Shown here piece by piece: positions 50,220 through 61,470 of a DNA stretch of 64,000 bases. Position 1 is the first letter of the stretch; the number at the start of each line of letters is the position of its first letter. This DNA is from Ignavibacteriota bacterium. Its GTDB lineage: Bacteria > Bacteroidota > Ignavibacteria > UBA10030. A model generated the notes under the pieces. That model saw only the letters and a list, made by a program, of their open reading frames with translations. It was not told the origin of the DNA and did no database searches. A program made the translations under genes and the position numbers. The stretch spans positions 1,024,001 through 1,088,000 of the forward strand of contig OY969585.1 of NCBI GenBank assembly GCA_963701295.1. Reading direction: 5' to 3'.

Positions 50220-51002
50220 ATGAAGGCGGTGATTTTATGCGGTGGCAAAGGAACACGGATTAAAGGCATATCCGAATTACTTCCTAAACCAATGGTGCCC
50301 ATCGGCGGCAAGCCTATTTTATGGCACATCATGAAGAACTATTCTCATCACGGGATCAAGGAATTTATTCTGTGTTTGGGTTATAAATCATGGGAGATTA
50401 AAGAATTCTTTGTGAACTATAAGGCCATTTGCCATAATTTCACAATAAATCTTAAGAACGGTCATATGGACATTCACGATAGTTCGGAAGATTCGGACTG
50501 GAAGGTGACGCTTGTTGATACCGGAGAAACCACAATGACAGGCGGACGTCTGTCGCGAGTGAAAAAATATTTAGAGGGTGAAGAGTTATTTTGTCTAACG
50601 TATGGTGACGGTCTTTCTGATATAAACATCCGAGACAGTATAGAATTCCACAGGAAATCCGGAAAAATCGGTACATTAGCTGCTGTACATCCATCTTCGC
50701 GATTTGGTGAAATTACATTTAAAGATTCCACCGTTACTAATTTCAATGAAAAAGCGAATATTGTAGAAGGATGGATTAATGGCGGATTTATGGTGTTCGA
50801 CAATAAAAGACTATGGGATTATTTGTGGACAGATGATGATCTAGTGTTAGAACGAGACACGCTCCCTGCCCTGGTGAAAGACAATCAGCTAGGGGCATTC
50901 CAACATGAGGGTTTTTGGCTTGGTATGGATACTCCGCGAGAATATGAATCCTTAAATGAAATGTGGGCAAGTGGTACTGCTCTTTGGAAAACCTGGGCTT
51001 AA
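50220..51002 (+). CDS. rfbF: Glucose-1-phosphate cytidylyltransferase
   Basis: ILCGGKGTRI, PKPMVPIG, TMTGGRL, TYGDG, GFW.GMDT. Confidence 0.93.
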   Translation: MKAVILCGGKGTRIKGISELLPKPMVPIGGKPILWHIMKNYSHHGIKEFILCLGYKSWEIKEFFVNYKAICHNFTINLKNGHMDIHDSSEDSDWKVTLVDTGETTMTGGRLSRVKKYLEGEELFCLTYGDGLSDINIRDSIEFHRKSGKIGTLAAVHPSSRFGEITFKDSTVTNFNEKANIVEGWINGGFMVFDNKRLWDYLWTDDDLVLERDTLPALVKDNQLGAFQHEGFWLGMDTPREYESLNEMWASGTALWKTWA

Positions 51003-51009
51003 TAACTTT

Positions 51010-52125
51010 ATGGAACATTCATTTAAAAATTTTTATCAGAATAAACGTGTTTTAGTAACAGGGCATACGGGTTTTAAGGGAGCTTGGCTCAGCATCTGGC
51101 TTAACGAACTTGGTGCAAAAGTATTTGGATATTCATTGGATCCTCCATCGAGACCGAATATCTATGAATCGTGCGGTCTACAAAGCCGCATTGAAGAAGT
51201 ACATGCAGATGTTCAGAATTATGATACGTTAAAAAAATATTTTTTAGAAGTGAAACCTGATATCGTATTTCACTTAGCTGCTCAAGCATTGGTACGATAT
51301 TCCTATGATGTACCTCAGCTGACCATGAGAACCAATGTCCTCGGGACTTTAAACATTCTCGAAGCTGTCAAAGAATCTGATTCGGTCAAATCGCTCGTCA
51401 TTGTCACGAGCGATAAATGCTACGAAAATCATGAACAGGTCTGGGGATATAAAGAGAGTGATCCTCTCGGCGGAGAAGACCCATACAGCGCCTCAAAGGC
51501 TGCTGCAGAAATTGTTTTTCGTTCGTATCTCAAATCTTTCTTTCGACATAAAGAAAACCTCGGTGCCGTGAGTGTGCGCGCAGGAAATGTCATTGGAGGA
51601 GGGGATTGGGCAAAAGATAGAATTGTTCCGGATGCCATTAGATCCCTAACCCAAGGTGAGTTAATTCAAATACGAAATCCTATGGCCATGCGTCCATGGC
51701 AGCATGTGTTAGAACCACTTGGCGGTTATTTATGGCTGGCTGCACGTGCAAGCGATGATCCAACCGGATTTTCTGGAGCATGGAACTTTGGCCCAAGCGA
51801 TAATTCTGCCAAGTGTGTACGTGATCTTGTGGAGGCGATCATTAGCAAATGGAAAAGCGGCGGATTTAAAGTTATGCAGCAAGAGGGACGAAAACTCCAT
51901 GAAGCTGGCTGGTTACGATTGTCCTGTGACAAGGCCCATGTCATGCTGCCCTGGTCTGCGGTGCTCACGTTCGATGAAAACATGAAACTTACCGTAGACT
52001 GGTATAAAAAGTATCATGAGAACCCGGATCAAAACCTGTATCATTACACTGTCCACCAGATACGCCAGTATACAGAATTAGCACAAAAGAGAGATCAGGT
52101 TTGGGCGTCTGAACACCAGAAATGA
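51010..52125 (+). CDS. rfbG: CDP-glucose 4,6-dehydratase
   Basis: TGHTGFKGAW, TSDKCY, DPYSASK, RAGNVIGGGDW, RPWQHVLEPL. Confidence 0.95.
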   Translation: MEHSFKNFYQNKRVLVTGHTGFKGAWLSIWLNELGAKVFGYSLDPPSRPNIYESCGLQSRIEEVHADVQNYDTLKKYFLEVKPDIVFHLAAQALVRYSYDVPQLTMRTNVLGTLNILEAVKESDSVKSLVIVTSDKCYENHEQVWGYKESDPLGGEDPYSASKAAAEIVFRSYLKSFFRHKENLGAVSVRAGNVIGGGDWAKDRIVPDAIRSLTQGELIQIRNPMAMRPWQHVLEPLGGYLWLAARASDDPTGFSGAWNFGPSDNSAKCVRDLVEAIISKWKSGGFKVMQQEGRKLHEAGWLRLSCDKAHVMLPWSAVLTFDENMKLTVDWYKKYHENPDQNLYHYTVHQIRQYTELAQKRDQVWASEHQK

Positions 52126-52191
52126 AGCTCTGATATTCACATGTTTTGTATCTGATTGATGTCTTTTTGAACAAAAACCTGTTATGTAAAA

Positions 52192-53445
52192 ATGAATATG
52201 AATCATACAGAGACCTTCTGCCGTTCATGTAGTTTTACCCGGCTTGCACCAATTTTAACGTTAGGTCACATGCCATTAGCGAACGCCTTGCTGACACAAG
52301 CTCAACTCAATCAGCCGGAATCGACCTATCCGCTCGATCTTGTATTTTGTCCGCACTGCAGCTTAGTACAGATCACCGAGACAATTTCTCCGGAACAGTT
52401 ATTTCGAGAATACTTATATTTTTCTTCTGTCTCTGATACAGTGTTGGAAAATGCTAAGAACATCGCACGCCGTTTAATCATACGCAGAAATTTAACATCG
52501 TCAAGTTTGATCGCTGAGATTGCTAGCAATGACGGCTATCTTTTAAAGAACTATCTGGACAAGAATATTCCCGTCTTAGGAATAGAACCAGCAGCAAATA
52601 TCGCACGCGTAGCAGAAAAAAGTGGCATTCGTACTCTCTGTGAATTTTTCGATGAATCATTAGCTCAGCGATTACGGACACAGGGTGAACAAGCAGACGT
52701 AGTCCATGCGAATAATGTTGTCGCACATGTTGCCAACCTTCATGGTGTTGTGGCAGGAATCAATGTGCTTTTGAAACCCGATGGTGTCGCAGTTATTGAA
52801 AATCATTATGTAAAGGATCTTATCGATCATGTGGAGTTCGATGCCATTTACCACGAACATTTGTGCTATTATTCAGTGACCTCGTTTCAAAGGTTGTTCC
52901 GCCGGCACAATCTCGTTCTGGTAGACGCCGAGAGGCTGCCGATCCAGGGAGGTTCCATACGAGTCTTCTTTCAACGTGCGGATGGTCCATGTAGCATGGC
53001 ACACGAGGGTGCCACTCGAGTAAAAGGATTGCTTGAAGAAGAAGCTGCGTGGGGTGTTGATCAATTTGATTGGTATAAAGATTTTGGCGAAAAAGTGGAA
53101 CAGACAAAACGGGAATTAGTTTCAGTTTTACGAAAGTTAAAAACGGAAGGCAAGAAAATTGCCGTCTATGGGGCGTCTGCAAAGAGCACCACTCTGCTGA
53201 ACTACTATGGGATCGGATCAGATATTCTCAGTTATGTGGTCGACAGGGGACCCGCGAAGCAGGGGCGATATACGCCAGGGACACATCTTCGCATCTATCC
53301 GCCGGAACAGTTGCTGGAAACCCAGCCGGATTATGTACTCCTGCTCTCGTGGAATTTTGCAGACGAGATACTACTTCAGCAAACTGAATATCGCCGGCGC
53401 GGCGGGAAGTTTATCATCCCAATTCCTCATCTAAGAATTGTGTGA
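52192..53445 (+). CDS. NDP-sugar C-methyltransferase
   Basis: [12 protein letters not shown] zinc site, [31 protein letters not shown]. Confidence 0.88.
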   Translation: MNMNHTETFCRSCSFTRLAPILTLGHMPLANALLTQAQLNQPESTYPLDLVFCPHCSLVQITETISPEQLFREYLYFSSVSDTVLENAKNIARRLIIRRNLTSSSLIAEIASNDGYLLKNYLDKNIPVLGIEPAANIARVAEKSGIRTLCEFFDESLAQRLRTQGEQADVVHANNVVAHVANLHGVVAGINVLLKPDGVAVIENHYVKDLIDHVEFDAIYHEHLCYYSVTSFQRLFRRHNLVLVDAERLPIQGGSIRVFFQRADGPCSMAHEGATRVKGLLEEEAAWGVDQFDWYKDFGEKVEQTKRELVSVLRKLKTEGKKIAVYGASAKSTTLLNYYGIGSDILSYVVDRGPAKQGRYTPGTHLRIYPPEQLLETQPDYVLLLSWNFADEILLQQTEYRRRGGKFIIPIPHLRIV

Positions 53446-53450
53446 TTAAT

Positions 53451-53981
53451 ATGATTTTTTCTAAAACAGCCATCCCTGATGCTTTTCTTATTTCTCTCAA
53501 TCGTAATGAAGATGAAAGGGGTTTTTTCGCTCGTACATTTTGCCGCTCTGAATTTACAGAACACGGACTTGTTTCTGATCTTGTACAGTGCAGTATCTCT
53601 TTTAATAAGCAGAAGGGTACTTTGCGCGGTATGCATTTCCAGAAACCGCCGTACGAAGAAACGAAAATAGTGCGTTGCACAATGGGTGCATTGTTCGATG
53701 TTATTATTGATCTGAGGCCTGACTCGCCGACATTTAAACAATGGCTGTCGTTTGAATTAAATGCTGAGAATCGATCGATGTTGTATATCCCACAGGGTCT
53801 TGCTCATGGATTCCTGACGCTTGAAGATAACACTGAAGTGTTTTATCAGATGTCTGATCGATATGTCCCTGAATCTGCCGCAGGCGTTCGATGGAACGAC
53901 GCGGCCTTTGGGATCCAATGGCCTGAGACTCCACATATTATTTCAATGAAGGATCAACAGTATACGGATTTCATCTTATGA
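53451..53981 (+). CDS. NDP-4-keto-6-deoxyhexose 3,5-epimerase (RmlC/RfbC-like)
   Basis: DERGFFAR, GTLRGMHFQ, AHGFLTL, RWND. Confidence 0.92.
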   Translation: MIFSKTAIPDAFLISLNRNEDERGFFARTFCRSEFTEHGLVSDLVQCSISFNKQKGTLRGMHFQKPPYEETKIVRCTMGALFDVIIDLRPDSPTFKQWLSFELNAENRSMLYIPQGLAHGFLTLEDNTEVFYQMSDRYVPESAAGVRWNDAAFGIQWPETPHIISMKDQQYTDFIL

Positions 53982-54898
53982 TGAAGGTTCTTGTAACCGG
54001 AGGAAGCGGATTTATCGGCCGTCACTGTCTACCAATGCTCGTAGCGAGCGGTTATGAAGTTCACGCTGTGTCTATCATACAAGAGGATCCTGTACCTCAT
54101 ATTCATTGGCATGTTGTTGATTTGCTGAATCCGGGAGAAGTGAACAAACTCATCACACAAGTAAAACCGACACACCTGCTTCACTTATCTTGGTATACAG
54201 TTGTGGGAAAGTACTGGACGTCGCTGGAGAACGTCCGCTGGGTTCAGGCAAGTTTGGAATTACTTCTGGTATTTGCGGCAAATGGTGGTAAGCGGGTCGT
54301 GATGGCAGGAACCTGTGCCGAGTACGATTGGAAATATGAATTGTACTCCGAGCAAACTACGCCTCTTGTACCCGCGACACTTTATGGATCCTGCAAACAC
54401 GCTCTCCAAGTCATGGTGGATGCTTTTTGCAGGCAAACCGGGTTGAGCTATGCGTGGGGACGAATTTTCTTTCTCTATGGCCCGCACGAGCATCCGGATC
54501 GACTCGTCTCTTCTGTAATTCGTTCACTCTTACAAGGAGAACCGGCACGTTGTTCTCATGGCAATCAGTTACGAGATTTCCTTCATGTGGAAGATGTCGG
54601 TCATGCATTTGTTATGCTCCTCAATTCCGATATGGAGGGTGCTGTGAATATTGGACAAGGAACACCGACAGCAATTCGTGAGGTCGTTGAGATCATCAGC
54701 GACCAATTACATGGTAAACATTTGATTCAACTTGGAGCGTTGACTACATCGCCCAATGATCCCCCTGCCTTGATTGCCGATACACACCGCCTCAAAAGCA
54801 TCGGTTGGCAGCCGAAGTACGATTTGAAAACTGGCTTAGAACAAACAATTGCTTGGTGGAAAACAAATCTTAATACTGCTAAAAGATTACAAAAATGA
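53978..54898 (+). CDS. NAD(P)-dependent NDP-sugar 4-reductase/epimerase
   Basis: TGGSGFIG, GTCAEY, YGSCK, RDFLHVED. Confidence 0.85.
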   Translation: MMKVLVTGGSGFIGRHCLPMLVASGYEVHAVSIIQEDPVPHIHWHVVDLLNPGEVNKLITQVKPTHLLHLSWYTVVGKYWTSLENVRWVQASLELLLVFAANGGKRVVMAGTCAEYDWKYELYSEQTTPLVPATLYGSCKHALQVMVDAFCRQTGLSYAWGRIFFLYGPHEHPDRLVSSVIRSLLQGEPARCSHGNQLRDFLHVEDVGHAFVMLLNSDMEGAVNIGQGTPTAIREVVEIISDQLHGKHLIQLGALTTSPNDPPALIADTHRLKSIGWQPKYDLKTGLEQTIAWWKTNLNTAKRLQK

Positions 54899-55659
54899 AA
54901 CTTACCATAGATACGAATTCGAAATTATTAACTTGCGAAATAGATGGCCACACGCAAAACATTGATTTGTACTCAAAAGAAGCGTTTGAATTGATATCGA
55001 ATCAATGGCTCAAGGTAGGATGGAATCAAAAATATCCATATACCTTTAGTTGGATGGGACGACCTATCATTCAATTACCCGAGGATATGATTCGCATCCA
55101 GGAAGTGATTTACCGCATCAAGCCGGATGTGATCATTGAAACTGGAATTGCGCACGGCGGCTCGCTGATATATTATGCCAGCCTCTGTAAAACGATGGGA
55201 AAAGGAAGAGTTATTGGCATCGATATCGAAATTCGTCCACACAACGCTCAAGCAATTAAAGCACATGAATTATTTGGATTTCTTACACTTGTCGAAGGAA
55301 GTTCAACCGATCCAAAGATTGTTGCAAGAGTGAAGAGTATGGTCAAGTTCGGAGAAACCGTTCTGGTAATTCTCGACTCCAACCATACGAAGCAGCATGT
55401 CACCGACGAACTTGAAGCGTATTATACTCTTGTGACACCCAATTCATATATTGTTGCAACAGATGGCAGTATGCGCGATTTATTTGATGTACCGCGAGGA
55501 AAATCAGATTGGAAATGGAATAACCCTACTACTGCTGCAGCCGAATTCCAACAGAACCATCCTGAGTTTATTATTGAACAACCACAGTGGCCTTTTAATG
55601 AAAGCGAACTCTCACTCAATATTACACATTGGCCGGGCGCCTGGTTGAGGAAGAAATAA
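54895..55659 (+). CDS. CmcI-family (cephalosporin hydroxylase-like) O-methyltransferase
   Basis: WMGRPIIQLPED, IETGIAHGGS, LDSNHT. Confidence 0.88.
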   Translation: MKLTIDTNSKLLTCEIDGHTQNIDLYSKEAFELISNQWLKVGWNQKYPYTFSWMGRPIIQLPEDMIRIQEVIYRIKPDVIIETGIAHGGSLIYYASLCKTMGKGRVIGIDIEIRPHNAQAIKAHELFGFLTLVEGSSTDPKIVARVKSMVKFGETVLVILDSNHTKQHVTDELEAYYTLVTPNSYIVATDGSMRDLFDVPRGKSDWKWNNPTTAAAEFQQNHPEFIIEQPQWPFNESELSLNITHWPGAWLRKK

Positions 55660-55665
55660 CGCTTC

Positions 55666-57156
55666 ATGTCTTCAATAAAAAAAAATGTCGTTGCAAATTT
55701 TGCCGGGAGTGCATGGACCGGTCTGATGGGTGTGATCTTTGTTCCTCTATACATTCGATTGATGGGTGTAGAGTCGTATGGAGTTATCGGAATTTTTGCC
55801 TCTCTTCAAGCGATGTTTGCGGTACTCGATCTGGGCCTATCTCAAGCTCTGGCTAGGGAAATGGCACGCCTTTCTGTTGATCAGAAAAATGCACTCCGCA
55901 TGGCAGATACGGCACGCACATTGGAAATTATTTATTGGGGAATCGCTCTCGTCGTTGTTGCCGTCATTACGTTGGCGTCACATTTTATCGCTTATCATTG
56001 GTTGAATCCGGAAAAATTATCCAGGGAATTCCTACTGGAAGTCCTCTGGATTATGGCGCTGGTCGTGGGCTTGCGCTGGCCTGTGTCGTTATATACGGGA
56101 GGCCTCAACGGCTTGCAGCGTCAAGTCCTCGTGAATTCGATCCTTGCAATTTTTGCAACTCTGCAAGGAGCAGGCGCGGTAGCAGTGTTATGGCTGATAC
56201 AACCAACAATTCAGGCGTTCTTTTTTTGGCAGGCACTAATGGCGATGGCCCAAGTGATCGTATTGCGGATTGTATTATGGCGAAACCTTTCTTCTGAACG
56301 GAAAGGAAAATTTCACGGAGATGTGCTGAAGGAAATCTGGAAATTCGCAGCGGGTATGACCGGTATCTCCCTGGCCTCAACAATTCTGATGCAAACAGAT
56401 AAAATATTACTCAGCAAGCTGCTTACTCTCTCTGACTTCGGGTACTACACCTTTGCTGCAATGGTGGCAGCAGTACCTGTACAGACTCATCACACCGGTG
56501 TTCACAGCATACTATCCCCGTTTGACTGAGTTGGTTTCCAAAAACGATCAGAATGATCTCGTGAAAACGTATCATCAGGGTTGCCAATTCATGGCAGTTG
56601 CTATTCTTCCTTCAGCACTTACTCTCGCTTTTTTTCTAGAGAAGTACTTAGCTTGTGGGTAAGAGATCCCGGAGTTATTGCTCATGCAAGTTTATTGGTG
56701 AGTTTGTTGGTGATCGGGAATGCTCTCCATGGCTTTATGCATCTGCCCTATGCCTTACAACTCGCGCATGGATGGACAAAGCTTTCTTTTTCTTCAAATT
56801 TGGTTGCCGTAATTTTCTTAGCTCCTGCTATCTATTTTTCAACGATGGCTTGGGGGACTGTGGGAGCTGCTAGTATGTGGATTGTTCTGAATGTAGGATA
56901 TCTCCTCATTGTTATTCAACTCATGCATATCCGGTTATTGAAACATGAAAAATGGTCATGGTATCGCAATGATGTAGGTAAGCTACTAGTGGTTACTCTG
57001 GTTATCACTGGTGTAGGGCGATTGATTATGAGGGATGGTTTGGAAGATATTCTAAAATTCGTGATATTAATAATAGTGTTTGGAACAGCAACCTTGGGTG
57101 CAGTGATGGGAACAACATCGTTGCGTGATACATTGAAGATTCGAAGGATTTTTTGA
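55666..57156 (+). pseudogene. Wzx-type flippase with two compensating frameshifts
   Basis: ORFs 55666-56529, 56453-56662 and 56581-57156 join with one extra C near 56477 and one missing T in the T7 run 56629-56635. Confidence 0.75.
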
Positions 57157-57205
57157 TTCATCATAAATTATTACAGTGGAAATCATTCTATATACTTACT
57201 AAACG

Positions 57206-58417
57206 ATGAGCGAGAATAATAAATATACTGTTATTATTCCAACGCGAGAAAGAGCAGAGACATTGCGTTATACCCTCCGCACGGTCGTGGAGCAGGATTA
57301 TGCCAACCTTACTATCATTGTAAGCGATAATTTCAGCCAGGACAACACACAAGATGTTGTTTCATCTTTTTCAGATCCTCGGATTCATTATCTCAACACC
57401 GGCAAACGTACGAGTATGTCCGAGAATTTCGAATTTGGCCTGAATCATGTCAGTAAAGGATTTGTCTTATTTCTCGGTGATGATGACGGACTGCTTCCAG
57501 GAGCAATTCGTCGTGTAAACACCATAGTTGAGAAAACCGGCATGCGCGCAGTGACTTCCGGCATTGCACAATATGTTTGGCCAAACCATCCCGATGAACA
57601 TTTGCGAAATAAAATGTCATGGTCCATTCGGGATGATGTTGAAATTCGGCATTCCTCCGAATGGATGAGGACCGTTCTGAGTTTTAGACCGCTCTATACA
57701 TTTGATCTTCCAGGACTATATTGCGGTTTTGTTCATATCGACGTGATCAACTCCATGAAAAAAAATGGTGTGTTTTTCCGATCACAGACACCCGACGCCT
57801 ATTCGGCGTTTGCTTGTGCCGTTGCACTCGACGCGTATGCTTTTTCACATCGGCCATTTGCAATTCATGGCGCCTCAGGACGCAGTAATGGTGCTTCCTA
57901 TTTTCATAAGCAGGACAAATCAGAATCAAATAAATTCTTTCAAGAAAACACTATTCCGTTTCACCCCATGCTTAGGGTCTGTCCCTCTTATCGTGTGATA
58001 GCGTCTGAATCGTTCCTGCAGCTGAGAGATGCATTTCCCGAGAAAACAAGTTCCTATAAATTTGATTTGAACGCACTCTTATCTGCAGCATTAAGCGAAC
58101 GCAATGAGTACACTCGTACAGTGATTGACCAAGCCGTTATGGAAATGGCCACTCAGAACAAATTGAATGTGAACCATATTTATCGTCAAGGAAAAAGGAT
58201 CGTGCCAAGAATTCAAAGATATCTCTATGAGCTCTCTAAACTGTTTCCATTGCGTGCGGCATATTCTGGTATTCCCGATTTGTCTATCCTTGGTATTTCC
58301 AATATCTATGATGCAGCAAAAGCGATGGTCGTTTTTTGGGGAATCAACGACGGTGTCATTAGAACACGCTATCGATCTTATTTGAAACGATTTTTGATGA
58401 TGTTCAAAAAGTCGTAA
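57206..58417 (+). CDS. GT2 glycosyltransferase
   Basis: IIPTRER, VSDNFSQD, LGDDD. Confidence 0.87.
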   Translation: MSENNKYTVIIPTRERAETLRYTLRTVVEQDYANLTIIVSDNFSQDNTQDVVSSFSDPRIHYLNTGKRTSMSENFEFGLNHVSKGFVLFLGDDDGLLPGAIRRVNTIVEKTGMRAVTSGIAQYVWPNHPDEHLRNKMSWSIRDDVEIRHSSEWMRTVLSFRPLYTFDLPGLYCGFVHIDVINSMKKNGVFFRSQTPDAYSAFACAVALDAYAFSHRPFAIHGASGRSNGASYFHKQDKSESNKFFQENTIPFHPMLRVCPSYRVIASESFLQLRDAFPEKTSSYKFDLNALLSAALSERNEYTRTVIDQAVMEMATQNKLNVNHIYRQGKRIVPRIQRYLYELSKLFPLRAAYSGIPDLSILGISNIYDAAKAMVVFWGINDGVIRTRYRSYLKRFLMMFKKS

Positions 58418-58502
58418 GGTTTGTTCTCTGGGATGTTATGTCAAGCAATCCGGAAGACATTTCCCAATATAATTTATCAGTCAGTATGTATCTTTGTTAA
58501 AT

Positions 58503-59417
58503 ATGACAGATCAACCATTTACTACTCCCATTCTTTTCCTCATCTTCAATCGTCCGGACACAACCGAAAAAGTATTTCAAAGAATTCGGGATATTCGGCC
58601 GCGTCAGCTCTTCATATCAGCAGATGGACCGCGTCAACACAAAAATGGTGAAGACCGGCTCTGTGCCGAGACGCGAAAGATTGTTGAAAAAGTAGATTGG
58701 AAATGCGAACTCCAGACAAACTTTTCGAAAAAAAACTTAGGATGTCGAATAGGTGTCAGCTCCGGCATCGACTGGTTCTTCCGTCACGTAGACGAAGGAA
58801 TTATTCTTGAAGATGATTGCCTGCCGGACTTGTCATTTTTCCATTTCTGCCGATCATTGCTTGCCCATTACCGAGACGATACCAGAATTATGCATATCGG
58901 GGGATCAAATTTTCAAGATGGGATAAATCGTGGATCAGGCAGTTACTATTTTTCCTCATTAAATCATGTTTGGGGTTGGGCTACGTGGAAGCGTGCATGG
59001 GGAAAATATGATGTAGATATGAAATCCTATCCCCAATGCTTACGTGAAGAAAAACTATTGCAACTTTTCCCTGATCCAGCCTCCCGTAGGTATTGGAAAA
59101 AGAACTTCGATCTCGTCTATGAGCAAAGAAAGGATACATGGGATTTTCAGTGGCAATATGCTACATCCTTCTATCAGGGACTGACCATTATTCCCAATAA
59201 GAATTTAATATCGAATATCGGATTCAACTATAACGCAACGCACACAGTTGATCTCTTTCACTCACTGGCCGATCGCCCGACTTCAAACATTGCTTTGATC
59301 AATCACCCGGCATTCGTTGTGCCCGATCTCCATGCCGATCGTTATACTTTTAGAAAATATATGAACCCCAACAAATTTAAGAAAACGTGGCAATTGATTC
59401 AACGTTGGTTGAATTAA
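58503..59417 (+). CDS. Nucleotide-diphospho-sugar transferase (GT-A fold)
   Basis: IFNRPD, ADGPR, ILEDDC, WGWATWKRAW, NIGF. Confidence 0.85.
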   Translation: MTDQPFTTPILFLIFNRPDTTEKVFQRIRDIRPRQLFISADGPRQHKNGEDRLCAETRKIVEKVDWKCELQTNFSKKNLGCRIGVSSGIDWFFRHVDEGIILEDDCLPDLSFFHFCRSLLAHYRDDTRIMHIGGSNFQDGINRGSGSYYFSSLNHVWGWATWKRAWGKYDVDMKSYPQCLREEKLLQLFPDPASRRYWKKNFDLVYEQRKDTWDFQWQYATSFYQGLTIIPNKNLISNIGFNYNATHTVDLFHSLADRPTSNIALINHPAFVVPDLHADRYTFRKYMNPNKFKKTWQLIQRWLN

Positions 59418-59444
59418 ACGTATTTCATCTGAAAGGTAACGCGA

Positions 59445-60248
59445 TTGATTTGCAAGATATGCAATAGCGCAATTTCTAAAATATTCCGCAGAAATATACT
59501 CAACCGCTATAATATAGATTACTTCCAATGCTCATCATGTGGATTTATACAGACAGAAGAACCGTTTTGGCTGAATGAAGCTTATCATGGACCTATTACG
59601 ATTGAAGACACTGGAATAATAAAGAGAAATGTTTTATCTGCAAAACGAACAAGTACTATACTCTATTTTCTTTTTAACAAAGAGGGACGCTTTCTGGATT
59701 ATGGAGGTGGCTATGGACTTTTTGTACGATTGATGCGTGATTACGGCTTCGATTTTTATTGGACAGATCCTCTCACGGAGAATCTTTTTGCACGAGGATT
59801 CAGTTTCGACAGTGGAAGCGATGTGCCTGTCGAACTCTTAACCACATTTGAATGTTTTGAACATTTCGTGAATCCCCTACAGGAAATAGAGAAGATGCTT
59901 TCGATATCTCGTTCGATATTATTTTCAACCGAGACATTTACTTCCGGAACACCCAATCCGGAGCAGTGGCAATACTATTACTTTTCTCATGGACAACATA
60001 TCGCCTTCTATTCCATCGCAACTCTCAAGAAAATCGCCGAAATATTCAACTTGCATCTTTATACGAATGGAAAGAGTTTTCATTTATTAACACAAAAAGT
60101 AACGAGCAGTACACTGTTCAATGTATTACTCAAATCATCATTACTTGGTATTCCATCAATGATAGCGATGCGTATGGGAAGTAAAACAAGAATCGATTCA
60201 CATGCAACTGAACATAGAAAACGACCAGCAGATCAGAGGGAAAAATGA
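59445..60248 (+). CDS. Class I SAM-dependent methyltransferase with zinc finger
   Basis: CKIC..CSSCG, LDYGGGYG, FEHF, GQHIAFY. Confidence 0.87.
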   Translation: MICKICNSAISKIFRRNILNRYNIDYFQCSSCGFIQTEEPFWLNEAYHGPITIEDTGIIKRNVLSAKRTSTILYFLFNKEGRFLDYGGGYGLFVRLMRDYGFDFYWTDPLTENLFARGFSFDSGSDVPVELLTTFECFEHFVNPLQEIEKMLSISRSILFSTETFTSGTPNPEQWQYYYFSHGQHIAFYSIATLKKIAEIFNLHLYTNGKSFHLLTQKVTSSTLFNVLLKSSLLGIPSMIAMRMGSKTRIDSHATEHRKRPADQREK

Positions 60249-61351
60249 ACGTTCTCTTTGACCCTCAAGTATTCTCGTTTCAGGAACATGGCGGAATATC
60301 AAGGTATTACTACCAACTCTTTAAAGCATTTTTAGGTATGGAAGGTATCATACCTGAACTCCTTATTAGGTATTCGAACAATAGGTACATAATCAATTTT
60401 GACGATGTTCATGTTAAACAATTTTTTCCTGCGCATAGGTTTAAGGGGAGAAATGAAATTATAAAATTATTGAACCGTATATATGTCAGAAACAGCTTTC
60501 CCCAACGCTCTGGTCCATGCGTGTTTCATCCAACGTACTACCATCCATATTTCATGAACCTTATCGGCGATATACCGTTTGTTCTCACAGTTTATGATAT
60601 GGCGCATGAACATTATCCTCATATGTTCAGTAGATTTGATTATACCTCTGAGCATAAAAAGAATGTGGCGCTTAAAGCAGATCGTCTTATTGCCATTTCT
60701 GAGCATACTAAAAATGACATCGTCACTTTACTAAAGATACCTGCTTCGAGGATTGATGTCATTCCGCTCGCTACCACGTTATCATGCACTGATGCAAAAG
60801 AGCCGTCTATTCCTCTGCCGAATCATTTCATTATGTATGTCGGCAAGCGTAATACGTATAAGAATTTTTTCTTCCTTTTGCATGCACTCAAGGTGTTCTT
60901 TAAAACATATACAAAATGTTTCTTAGTATGCGCGGGTGGAGGCACATTCACAAAACAAGAAATCCGTGAAATTGAAAGGCTGCACTTGTCCGAGCGCATC
61001 ATCCAATTACATGCAGACGATGCTCTCTTGGCATATCTTTATTCCAAAGCACGGGCATTTGTCTATCCTTCGCTCTACGAAGGGTTCGGCATTCCTGTCC
61101 TTGAGGCATTTGCCTGCGGTTGTCCGGCCATACTAAGCGAGAGAAGTTCGCTGCCCGAGGTAGGAGGAGACGCTGCACAGTATTTCGATCCGGAAAATCC
61201 AGCAAGTCTTGTGACGGTACTCTCTGAAGTATTGAACAATAACAATGCAGCCGATCACATGAGAGAAAAGGGATTGGAAAGGGTAAAATTATTTTCTTGG
61301 GATGATACTGCTCAAAAAACTCTTGAGACGTATAAGAAAGTAATTCGTTAA
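60245..61351 (+). CDS. GT4 glycosyltransferase
   Basis: GGISRY, YPSLYEGFGIPVLEA. Confidence 0.92.
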   Translation: MNVLFDPQVFSFQEHGGISRYYYQLFKAFLGMEGIIPELLIRYSNNRYIINFDDVHVKQFFPAHRFKGRNEIIKLLNRIYVRNSFPQRSGPCVFHPTYYHPYFMNLIGDIPFVLTVYDMAHEHYPHMFSRFDYTSEHKKNVALKADRLIAISEHTKNDIVTLLKIPASRIDVIPLATTLSCTDAKEPSIPLPNHFIMYVGKRNTYKNFFFLLHALKVFFKTYTKCFLVCAGGGTFTKQEIREIERLHLSERIIQLHADDALLAYLYSKARAFVYPSLYEGFGIPVLEAFACGCPAILSERSSLPEVGGDAAQYFDPENPASLVTVLSEVLNNNNAADHMREKGLERVKLFSWDDTAQKTLETYKKVIR

Positions 61352-61470
61352 TCTCATGCAACGGTACTATCATCGTCGAAATACGGCTTAACTGAAAGTT
61401 CGACTCCGCATTATCAATTGAACGAATATGATATCCAAAGACGACTCACACAGAGAAAGTACATTGCTTT

